Below, in pieces: positions 51,095-61,597 of a DNA stretch of 61,597 nt (within the stretch, counting starts at the first letter, position 1; every line of letters starts with the position of its first letter). The position numbers and the translations under genes are program-made. The notes under the pieces were generated by a model. It was not told the DNA's origin. It made no database searches and saw nothing but the letters and a program-made list of their open reading frames with translations. The DNA lies in assembly GCA_038087875.1 (NCBI GenBank), contig JAXLNO010000197.1, positions 1 through 61,597 of the forward strand, read 5' to 3'. The DNA comes from Malacoraja senta. Its lineage: Eukaryota.

Positions 51095-51302
51095 TTTAAG
51101 AAGGAACTGCAGATGCTGGAAAAATCGAAGGTAGATAAAAATGCTGGAGAGAAACTCAGCGGGTGAGGAAGGAATAGGTGACGTTTCTGGTCAAGACCCT
51201 TCTTCAGTCTGAAGAAGGGTTTCGGCCCGAAACGTCACCTATTCCTTCGCTCCATAGATGCTGCTTCACCCGCTGAGTTTCTCCAGCATTTTTATCCACC
51301 TT
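51095..51302. mobile_element. Fold-back PLE terminal-repeat element with hammerhead core at 51209-51236
   Basis: Inverted arms centred on CTTCTTCAG-T-CTGAAGAAG. Confidence 0.75.
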
Positions 51303-52602
51303 GGGAAGGGATGTGCTTGTTTCCGCTGACTGAATAGCACGCAACAACAACAAAAACTTAAAACTAGAAAATCCAAGGCTACCTTCCCAACTCTCTGCCC
51401 TCAATTTCTTGATGCAAGGCAGCAACTCTACCGTTGTGCCTCTGCACCATCGTGCTGCCCCCTCTGGTCCTAGACTCTCCCACTAGTGGAAACATCCTCT
51501 CTGCATCCACTCTATCCAGGCCTTTCACTATTTGGTAAGTTTCAATGAGGTCCCCCCTCATCTAAGGGCCCAGTGCCGTCAAACACTCACCACGCGTTAA
51601 CCTAGTCATCTCCATGTTAAATGGACAGTCTCTTACCTTGAGACTCCACTATGTGACTAGTGCCCAGCAAAGCAAATGCCCTCTCATTTGATGCCCTCTA
51701 ATGCCCTCACATGGAGTTAACTGGGTTAACATGGAGTTTACCAGCATTTACCCTGTGCAGCATCCACAAGTTCTTATTAGTGGCCACCAGATTTAAGATC
51801 ACCACTCAATCTTCCAAACTCCATGGAGTACCAACTAATCATTTCTCGTAACGTCACCCTTCTATGCACGGAGTCGCTCTGCTAAACCTTCTCTGCGCCG
51901 TTTCCAACACATGTATATCCTTCTTTAAATAAGGAGACTATAACCAAATCAATTCTCCAAGTTTGGTCTCATCAAAGTCTGGTATCGTCACAGCAAAATG
52001 TCTCCATTGGTATTCTCTATGCTATTTGCAATAATGAGGAGAAATTTATTTGTGAATCTTTGAAACGCTTTGCCTCAAGGCTGTGAATGCTCAGTCAAAA
52101 AGTACATGCAAGGCTGAAAACAATGTTTCTTCGGGATCCTGAGAATCAGAGAATGTGAAGATTGGTATGACACCAACCCCAACCTTATTCAATAACAGAA
52201 TGGGTTCGACAAACTGAATGGTGACCTACCTAATGCTTCTATTTCACCATGGATCATTCAATGCCATGATTTACACGGCACTGGGAATTGACCAGGCTGG
52301 ACAACCTCCCTCTTCCATCTCACCAAAGGGTTGACCACTTGAAACAATGAGAGGCAAGATGTGAAAGAAGGAGTGGCGATAAAAGGTTCAAGAGATGGCA
52401 AGGAAATGAGTTGCACCAACTTGGACCAAATCAGGGATAAATCAGGTACAACAGTCTGAAGAAGGGTTTCGGCCCAAAACGTTGCCTATTTCCTTCGCTC
52501 CATAGATGCTGCCTCACCCGCTGAGTTACTCCAGCATTTTGTGTCTACCTTTCATCTTATGACTGACTACATGAGTGTACCATACCATGGCCAATTGAAG
52601 AA

Positions 52603-52638
52603 GGGCCTGAAGAAGGGTCTCGACCCGAAACGTTGCCT
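52603..52638 (+). ncRNA. Minimal type I hammerhead ribozyme motif, best-formed copy seen
   Basis: GGGC-CUGAAGA-A-GGGUCUCGACCC-GAAA-C-GUU-GCCU: 4-bp helix I (one G-U), helix II hairpin, ACGU palindrome for a dimeric helix III. Confidence 0.65.
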
Positions 52639-52808
52639 ATTTCCTTCGCTCCATAGATGCTGCCTCACCAGCTGAGTTTCTCCAGCATTTTTGTCTACCT
52701 TCGATTTTCCAGCATCTGCAGTTCCTTCTTAAACAACAGAGTATTTTACTGGTTGTAGGCCTCATCGTCACCTTCCCCTCAGTTAACAAGAAACCGTTCT
52801 ACATCTCC

Positions 52809-53165
52809 TTGTTTAAGAAAGAACTGCAGATGCTGAAAAAAATCGCAGGTAGACAAAAAAGCTGGAGAAACCCAGCGGGTGAGGCAGCATCTATGGAGCG
52901 AAGGAATAGGCGACGTTTCAGGTCGAGAGGTACACAAAAATGCTGGAGAAACTCAGCGGGTGCAGCAGCGTCTATGGAGCGAAGGAAATAGGTAACGTTT
53001 CAGGTCGAGACCCTTCTTCAGACTGATGTCGGGGGGGGGCGGGAAAAAGAAAGGAAGAGGCGGAGACAGTAGGCTGTGGGAGAGCTGGGAAGGGGAGGGG
53101 GAGAAAGCAATGACTACCTGGAATTGGAGAAGTCAATGTTCATACCGCTGGGGTGTAAACTACTC
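52809..53165 (-). mobile_element. PLE 3' end with duplicated terminal-repeat piece
   Basis: Reverse complement gives SLHPSGMNIDFS (end of PLE ORF), a pyrimidine tract, hammerhead-like core at 52995-53022 and the CTTAAAC end. Confidence 0.75.
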
Positions 53166-54309
53166 CTTGATCATCATCTGCTTAGATCTGTTGTTTTCAC
53201 TCCTTACCCTTCCATATCTCTAGTTTCCCTCTCCCCTGACTCAGTCTGAAGAAGGGTCTCGACCCAAAACATCACCCATTCCTTCTCTCCAGAGATGCTG
53301 CCTGTCCCGCTGAGTTACTCCAGCACTTTGTGTCTATCTTACCAGCTAAAATCATTTGCTATTGAATTGAATGGAAAGATACAGCATAGAAACAGGACAT
53401 TCGGCCCACCGACCACACCAACCATCGATCACCCATTCACACCAGTTCTATGTTGTAACGTTTTCTCATCCACTCCCTATCCACGAGGGACAATTTACAG
53501 AGGGGCGATTAATCTACAAACTCACACGTAGTTGAGACGTGGGAGGAAACTGGAGCACCCGGAGATACCCGGATGCTGTCTGACCCGTTGAGTTACTCCA
53601 GCTTTTTGTGTCTATCGCCCGGAGGAACGGGGAGAACGTGCAAACTCCACACAGACAGCACCCAAGGCCAGGATCGAACCAGGGTCTCTGCCGCTGCGAG
53701 GCAGCAGCTCTACCCACTGCTCTTCTTCCAATGTGTGTTAGACAAAATGGAGGGAATTGGTTAACTGAGCCATTTCACCAGCTGTGTAGGAAGGAACTGC
53801 AGAGGCTGGTTTGCACCGAAGATAGACACTAAATGCTGGAGTAACTCAGCGGGACAGGCAGCATCTCTGGAGAGAAGGAATGGGTGACGTTTTGGGTCGA
53901 GAGCCTTCTTCAGACTGGTTTGCCATGACCAAGGTTGGCTTAATTGGCTGCCAACGTTGATTTTTTTAATTGGATTATTCCACGACGATAAATTCCGTCA
54001 TTAGGGGAAGGAAAGTTAGCATTTGGCTGGCTGTTTTTTTGCTGAGTAAAGTGGAGACATAATTTAGACAAACTAATTTCAATTAAGAGAAAAGACTTCT
54101 CAAAGCTGCAAGACCGCATCCACTGATTCTGCAGCGCTAGGATATTTTTTAGGAAAAAACAATTTAATCAGGTTTTTGTCTCATTTCCATTTGATTTTCT
54201 GCATTGTATGTCATTAACCCTTCAAATGCCAGGGAGCTATCCAATGCAACGTATGTTTTTTTTCCTAAGAGAGAAGCAAAATGCTGGACCAGCTACATGG
54301 GCCAGGCAG

Positions 54310-54746
54310 ACAAAAGTGCTGGAGAAACTCAGCGGGTGCAGCAGCATCTATGGAGCCGAAATAAACCAATCCACAGTTGGTTATATTTTGCAAGATTCTA
54401 TGTCTATGACTCCAGTAAAACATCCTTGAATCTTGAGTTTAAGAAGGAACTGCAGATGCTGGAAAATCGAAGGTAGACAAAAGTGCTGGAGAAACTCAGC
54501 GGGTTGCAGCAGCATCTATGGAGCGAAGGAAATAGGCAACGTTTCGGGTCGAATCCCAAAGGAAATAGGCAACGTTTCGGGTCGAATCCCAAAGGAAATA
54601 GGTAATGTTTTGGGTCGAAACCCGAAGGGTTTCGGGCCGAAACGTTGCCTATTTCCTTCGCTCCATAGATGCTGCTGCACCCGCTGAGTTTCTCCAGCAC
54701 TTTTGTCTACCTTCGATTTTCCAGCATCTGCAGTTCCTTCTTAAAC
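54310..54746. mobile_element. Composite fold-back PLE element with captured ~80-bp segment
   Basis: Palindrome 54437-54746; 15-bp flanking duplication ACATGGGCCAGGCAG/ACATGGGCCAGACAG. Confidence 0.75.
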
Positions 54747-55969
54747 ACATGGGCCAGACAGCATCAGTAGACTTCAGAGATACAGCGTGGAAACAGGCCC
54801 TTCTGCCCATCAAGCCCACGCCAGCCAGCCATCGCCTCGGACACTTGCTCCATCCTACAAATTATGGAAATTTATTATTTACAGAAGCCAATTAACCCTC
54901 AAACCGGCACGATTTTGGGAGTGTGGGAGGAAACCAGAGCACCCGGGGAAAACCCACGAGGTCACAGGGAGAACGAACAAACTCCGTACAGACAGCACCC
55001 GTAGTCAGGATCGAACCCGGATCTCTGGCAGTGCAAAGTGGCAACTCTGCCCTGCACCACTGTGCCGCCCTTTGGAAAGAATGGACTGGCGACACCTTGG
55101 GTCTGCACCTCTTTCCAGACTGTCTTTTAATCTTTCTGTGTCCCTTCCGTTCACCACAGCAGGAGGATCAGACATGACATGAATTTTACATCCAAACAGT
55201 TTTGAGGAACCAAATGATGAAACAAGGAATTGCAGATGCTGGTTTACCATGGAAAAGACACAAAATGCTGGAGTAACTCGGTGGGTCTGGCAGCATCCAT
55301 GGAGAACATGGATAGGTGATGTGGATCACAACCAAAACACCACCTATCCATATTCTCCTGGGATGTTGCCTGACCCCCTGGTGTCCCAATGCTTCTATTT
55401 TACAATGGGCTGTTCAATAACGGGCGGCAGGGTGGCGTAGCGGTAGAGTTGCTGCCTCACAGCGCAAGAGGCTCAGGTTCGATCCTGACTACAGGCTCTG
55501 TCTGTATGGAGTTTGTGCGTTCACCTGCATGGGTTTTCTCCGGTTTTTTCCCACACTTCCAAAGGACGCAGAGGTTTGTCGGCTAATTGTAAAATTGTCC
55601 CGGGTGTGTGTAGGATGGTGTTAGTGTGCGGGGATCACTGGTCGGGGTTGGACTCGCTGGGCCGAAGGGCCTGTTTCCACACTGTATCTCTAAGCCAAAC
55701 TAAACTGGACTTCCCACAGTTCTGGGAGACAACCTGTCAAGAGTATCCTCTCTCTTCCATCTCACCCAAGGGGTGACCAATTGAAACAATCACGACATGG
55801 TAGACAGTCAGAACCTTTTCCCCCCGGGGTGGCAATGTCCAACACTAGATGGTGTAGCTTTTAGTTGAGAGGGGGGAAAGGTGGTGTGTGGGACAAGTTT
55901 TGTTTACACAGAGAGCAGTGCGGGCCTGGAACGCATTGCCCATTCTCATGGTTGGGCTAGCAAAACTAA

Positions 55970-56335
55970 TAATACTACTAATAATAATATTTATTGGTAT
56001 AGCACATTTAAAAACAACTCACGTTGACCAAAGTGCTGTACATCAGTGCAGGTACTAATGTGCCACATACAGTGGTACACAGACCTAACAATACATACAT
56101 ACACTGTTTACAGCGCCCCCTCAGAGGGCCTCAAAAAATGCCAGGGAGTAGAAATAGGTTTTGAGCCTCGACTTAAAGGAGTCGATGGAGGGGGCAGTTC
56201 TGATGAGGAGAGGGATGCTATTCCACAGTCTAGGTGCTGCAACCGCAAAAGCACGGTCGCCCCCGAGCTTAAACCTAGACCGCGAGACAGTCAGTAGCCC
56301 CAAGTTGGCCGACCTGAGGGACCTGCAGGTAGAAT
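55970..56335 (-). mobile_element. L2-clade LINE, 3' fragment
   Basis: RSLRSANLGLLTVSRSRFKLGGDRAFAVAAPRLWNSIPLLIRTAPSIDSFKSRLKTYFYSLAF; (ATT)n tail. Confidence 0.85.
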
Positions 56336-56987
56336 GGTGGGTTGGAAGATTTTTGATATAGGGAGGGGGGGGGGGGGGGAAACCCGTTAAGGGCTTTGTA
56401 AATGTATAAGAGGAGCTTGAAGTTGAAAAAGAGGGCATACGGCAGGGCATTGAAGAGAGGGCATTGAAAAGAAGGTGTTTAAAAGGGAATCTAAAGAGCC
56501 AGTTTTGTTTTTACACAGAGACTGGTTGATATTTTAGTTTAGTTTAGAGATACAGCTTTGACCACAGGTCCTTTGACCCACCAAGTCCACACCAATCATC
56601 GATCACCCACACACTAGTTCAGTGTTATCAACTTTCGCATCCTGCAACCTAGGGGCAATTTAGAGGAGCCAATTCACCTCCAGACCTGCGCACCTTGGAA
56701 GTGTGGGAGGAAACTGGAGCAACCGGAGGGAACCCAGTGGATTGTAGGTGACCAGTGTCGGATAGCTTGCGATGTAAAGAGGGGCTGCTTGCCAAGGCGG
56801 AAGCAAACGTGGTTCTGTGGCGGTCTGGAGATATGGTCGAGGGTCATAGACTCAGAGTCATACAGCGTGGAAACAGGCCCTTCAGCCCAACCACACTGGT
56901 CAACATGTCCCATCTACACTAGTCCCACCTGCCTGCGTTTGGCCCTTATCCCTCCAAACCTGTCCTATCCATGTACCTGTCAAAATG

Positions 56988-57408
56988 ACAATAGACAATA
57001 GGTGCTGGAGTAGGCCATTCGGCCCTTCGAGCCAGCACGCCATTCACTGTGATCATGGCTGATCATCCCCAATCAGTACCCCGTTCCTGCCTTCTCCCCA
57101 TATCCCTGACTCCACTATTTTTAAGAGCCCTATCTAGCTCTCTCTTGAAAGCATCCAGAGAACCTGCCTCCACCGCCCTCTGAGGCAGAGAATTCCACAG
57201 ACTCACCACTCTCTGTGAGAAAAAGTGTTTCCTTGTCTCCGTTCTAAATGGCTTACTCCTTATTCTTAAACTGTGGCCCCTGGTTCTGGACTCCCCCAAC
57301 ATCGGGAACATGTTTCCTGCCTCTAGCGTGTCCAAGCCCTTAACAATCTTATATGTCTCAATGAGATCACCTCTCATCCTTCTAAACTCCAGAGTGTACA
57401 AGCCCAGC
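56988..57408 (-). mobile_element. CR1 LINE 3' fragment
   Basis: ORF 57063-57401 LEFRRMRGDLIETYKIVKG. Confidence 0.9.
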
Positions 57409-57654
57409 TAAGAGTTAAATGATTTTTAAACGTTGCGATACTACTAGCCTCAACTACCTCCTCCGGCAGCTCTTTCCATACACCCACCACCCTCTGTGTG
57501 AAAAGGTTACCCCTCAGGTTCCCATTAAATCTTTCCACCCCTGACCTTAAACCCATGTTCTCTGGCTCCCGATTCCCCAACTCTGGGCAAGAGACTCTGT
57601 ACTTTGTGGGTTTTCTAACCAAGCGTGGAATCAATCAGTAGAGGATAGAAAGAA

Positions 57655-58154
57655 GGAATTGAGGGAGTGCAGCGTAGGTTCACAAGTTCACAAGGATGGC
57701 GGGACTGTCATATGCTGAGAGAATGGAGCAGCTGGGCTTGTGCACTCTGGAGTTTAGAAGGGTGAGAGGGAATCTCATTGAAATATATAAGATTGTTAAG
57801 GGTTTGGACACGCTAGAGGCAGGAAACATGTTCCCGATGTTGGGGGAGTCCAGAACCAGGGGCCACACAGTTTAAGAATAAGGAGTAAGCCATTTAGAAC
57901 AGAGACGAGGAAACACTTTTTCTCACAGAGAGTGGTAAGTCTGTGGAATTCTCTGCCTCAGAGGGCGGTGGAGGCAGGCTCCCTTGATACTTTCAAGAGA
58001 GAGATAGATAGGGCTCTTAGAGATAGCGGAGTCCTGGCATATGGGGAGAAGGCAGGAACGGGGTACTGATTGGGGATGATCAGCCATGATCACATTGAAA
58101 GGCAGTGCTGACTAGAGGGGCCGAATGGCCTATTCCTGCACCTATTGTCTATTG
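57655..58154 (+). mobile_element. CR1 LINE 3' fragment (inverted relative to 56988-57408)
   Basis: Same subfamily ORF2 end and 3'UTR. Confidence 0.85.
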
Positions 58155-60349
58155 AAGCAGTGGTCTAATGGAGGGAGGGAACAGTGATCCAGTGCAGGAC
58201 AGAGAACAGCGGGCAGTGAGCCAGTGGAAGGCAGAGCAGTGATGCAGTGGGGGTGGGGATACAGAGCAGTGACTTAAGAACAAGATAGACACAAAACATT
58301 TCCCACCTTACCCTTCCTTATCTCTGTGCCTCCATCTTCCCTGACTCTCAGTCTGAATGAAGGGTCTTGACTCAAAACGTCACCCATTCCTTCTAACCAG
58401 AGATGCTGCCTGTCCCGCTGAGTTACTCCAGCACTTTGTGTGTCTGTCTTTGGTGTAAAGCAGCATCTGCAGTTCCTTCCTACACAGCTAGGAACAAGAG
58501 CTGGGAAGGGACAGAGCAGAGAATCGTGAGGCAGTGGGGAACCAGGAATTGAAAGCACATTGTGGACACAGAACAGGGATCAATCAGGCAGCAGGAACAG
58601 TGAGCCAGTCAAAGGGACAAAGAGTGATGAATTTGTGGACCTTCAGTAAAGAAAGGTCAACTTCCTACGTCTGAAAAGGAATCTGAATTGCTCTGGATGC
58701 AGTCTGCAACGAGACTGTGTCTGGTCAGGAAATACAATGGACAGGATACACAGTGCATGCACACCCAGCTGGACTAATACAGCAGGTAGCAAGGAAACTC
58801 CACACCTCCAACTGAGAGAATGTAACAGCCAATAACGGTGTTACCAGAAGGGATACTTGGCTTTACGATGTGCAGCGGCAGGCAGGGGATAGGATTGTTT
58901 GGTGAACCTTTGTGTCGTAAATGCTGGTTTACACCAAAGATAGACACAGAATGCTGGAGTAACACAGGCAGCATCTCTGGAGAGAAGGAATGGGTGACGT
59001 TTTCGGGTCGAGACCCTTCTTCAGTCCCAGGTTTCGGGTAGAGACCCTTGTTAAGAAGAAGGGTCTCGACCCGAAACGTGGCCCATTCCTTCTCTCCTGT
59101 CCCGCTGAGTTACTCCAGCATTTTGCATCTTTCTTCTGTGAACTTTTGAATTAAAACGTGGCAACACTTGCGTGCTACCCAGGTGAGGGCTGCTGGTTGA
59201 TTTGACCGGGTTGTACGCAAAACAATGCATTTCACCGTACCTAGGTACATGCACCAAGAAATTATCATTGAATCACTGAATCAAATAGCAATTGGGTATA
59301 AGAGCAAAGTTGCGCCATCCATTACAGACCCATTAGTAGGCCCAGTAACCCTGGCCGGCAGAAGAGGTGAAGGGAATGTGGGAGGGGGGGGGGGGGGGGG
59401 GGTGTCACTGGAATTCATTCATGATGGTAGCAAGCACAATCCAGACCATCGGAAGGGGGTTGACATGTTTCCACTGGAACAGGCCTTTAAACAGAACATT
59501 AAGCCCAAGAAAGACAACAAAAAGCCGGAGTAACCCAGCGGGACAGGCGTCATCTCTGGAGAGAAGGATTGGGTGACGTTTCGGGTCGAGTCCTTTCTTC
59601 AGACGCTTGATCAGCTGAGATACTGCAGCTTTTTGCGTCTCTCTCCGGTTTAAACCAGCATCTGCAGTTCCTTCATGCATACTCTGACATTTGACATCCT
59701 GGCTAAGGGCTCAGTGGCTCAGCTGGTAGAACCGCTGCCTCACCGCTCCAGGGACCCCGGTTCAATCCTGACCTCGGGTGCTGTCTGTGTGGAGCTTACA
59801 TGTTCTTCCTGTGACTGCGTGGGTGGCTCCGGTTTACCTCCCACATCCCAAAGATGACGTGCAGGTTTGTAGGTTAATGGCCCCTCTGTAAATTGCCCCG
59901 AGTGTGCAGAGAATGGATGGGAAAGTGGGATAACATAGAACTAGTGTGAATGGGTGATCGATGGTTGGCGTGGATTCGCTGGGATTAAGGGCCTGTTTTC
60001 ATGCTGTATTATTGTCACTTGTACAGTAAAAAGCTTGTGTACGCCATCCAGTCAAATGAGATAATACTAAACATGACTACAATCAAACCAAATGCAAGTC
60101 TGTAGGTGGATGGAGGGGCTGAAGGGCCTGTTTCCATGCTGTATCTTCCAATCAATCAAACTGGAGTAGTACTTCACCTTTGGTCTCTGATGCTAAACAA
60201 ATTCAATGGAATTGAATGTATGAGAGTTTTCTGTGGACACACAGCATTTTGAGCCAGTGCCCAGTAACATATTCCTGTCCCAACATATTTCACTTGGGCA
60301 GCTTACACCCCAGCGGTATGAATATTGACTTCTCTAACTTTGCTTTCCC

Positions 60350-61000
60350 TCGTTTCCATCATTTCGCTGAACGCCTCCGCTCGGTCCGCCTAAACCTACC
60401 TGATCTCCCGGTTGCTCAACACTTTAACTCCCCCCTCCCATTCCCACACTGACCTTTCTGTCCTGGGCCTCCTCCGTTGTCAGAGTGAGGCCCAGCGCAA
60501 AATGGAGGAGCAGCGCCTCATATTTCGCTTGGGCAGCTCACACCCCAGCGGTATGAACATTGACTTCTCCAACTTCAAAGTAACCCTTCCTTTCCCACTC
60601 TCTCCATCCCCTCCCCCTTCCCAGTTCTCCCACCAGTCTTACGGGCCTGTCCCACTTTGGCGACTGCCAGGGACTAGCTTTAATGGAATTCACCCACGAC
60701 ACCTGGCGACAACCTGCGACAACACCTACGTCAACCTAGGTCATTCTAATACACCCTACGACAGCAAAAATTGTCACCACTGTCGCCGAGAAATGTTCAA
60801 CATGTTGAAAATTTTGCGGCAGTCGCCTGTAGTCGCCCAAGTGGGACAGGCCCATTACCGTCTCCGATTACATTTGACCTCTGTACCGCCCACTCCCCTG
60901 ACATCAGTCTGAAGCAGGGTCTCAACCTGAAACGTCACCCATTCCTTCTCTCCAGAGATGCTGCCTGTCCCGCTGAGTTCCTCCAGCATTTTGTGTCTGC
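60350..61000 (+). mobile_element. PLE 3' part (GIY-YIG C-terminus plus terminal repeat with decayed hammerhead)
   Basis: HFAERLRSVRLNLPDLPVAQHFNSP/SHSHTDLSVLGLLRCQSEAQRKMEEQRLIFRLGSSHPSGMNIDFSNFK; CTGAAGC..GAAACGTC at 60909-60936. Confidence 0.85.
60642..60854. mobile_element. PIF/Harbinger-like MITE
   Basis: TIR GGGCCTGTCCCACTT(T/G)GGCGACT; TTA TSD (60639-60641, 60855-60857). Confidence 0.8.
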
Positions 61001-61597
61001 TTTCCCCCTCTCTCCTTTTTGGTACGAGGCAAACAACCTCAAATTCTGCAATCTCCAGTAACCTGCGCGCTAAAACATGAACATCAGGGGGAATAGCCGC
61101 GGGCTGGTTGGAAGTGACTGAAGGTCTCACTGGTGTATCTCAGCAGCAGGCCCAGTCTCAATGCATGAGATCAGGCATCTTTCAGCAAGTACATCCATGG
61201 GGTTGCTACTGATCGCCACAGAATCAATGGCACCCGACAGACTGGCAGACCAGTGGCATGTGCCAAGCTGTGACCCGGGCACAACCTGCCAGCTGACTCC
61301 ACTTCCCAGCTGCTACTCAGTACCAGAGCGTTGTGGTTCAGGTGTAGCTTTACTATAGACACATGTACTAAATTACAGTGGCAGGCAAACTAACCAACAG
61401 ATCAGATACACCACGCACAAACACACGCTCAAGTACAACAGGTCGAGCAAAGGGGAAGATACAGAGTGCAGAATATAGTTCTCAGTATCAGTTGCATTAA
61501 CAAGTCCAATGGACGCAATGGGACCATACATTCTAAAAGTTAGTTCCCATCTGTTTACTACCCAACCTATTACCAAATGCCTCACATATTTGCCCAC

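Noticed and set aside
51709..51738. Possible second transposon footprint (ACATGGAGTT direct repeat)
   Set aside because: The spacer lacks CAAAG termini; more simply a short local duplication.
56110..56130. CTCF-like motif GAGGGGGCGCTG (minus strand)
   Set aside because: Partial match only, and part of an L2 3'UTR.

Overview
This is eukaryotic, repeat-dense DNA from a cartilaginous fish, most likely a skate or ray (inferred from HE1/V-SINE-type SINEs and HER1/CR1-type LINEs). The whole window lies inside a minus-strand Cav2 voltage-gated calcium channel alpha-1 gene, best matching CACNA1A. Only two exons are present: exon 2 (8819-8924, 106 nt) and exon 3 (7121-7260, 140 nt). Exon 2 is preceded by a U12-type branch site and an AC acceptor, so the >52 kb intron 1 is a minor-spliceosome (AT-AC) intron; exon 1 lies outside the window. 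Nearly all other ORFs in the track are transposon debris or low-complexity artefacts: CR1, Rex1/Babar, L2, Tx1, RTE-type and Penelope-like (PLE) retroelements, tRNA-derived SINEs, and hAT, PIF/Harbinger and P-like non-autonomous DNA elements. The most interesting signals are four. (1) A group of PLE-derived sequences carrying minimal hammerhead-ribozyme motifs, including fold-back elements and 66/60-bp satellites. (2) A P-element-like MITE family plus a 32-bp remnant between perfect 8-bp target duplications that looks like a P-type excision footprint. (3) A ~0.7 kb inverted duplication apparently seeded by two inverted SINEs. (4) The giant AT-AC intron. Repeat family names come from motif recognition, not database searches; repeat boundaries are approximate unless a TSD is given, and the repeat list is not exhaustive.
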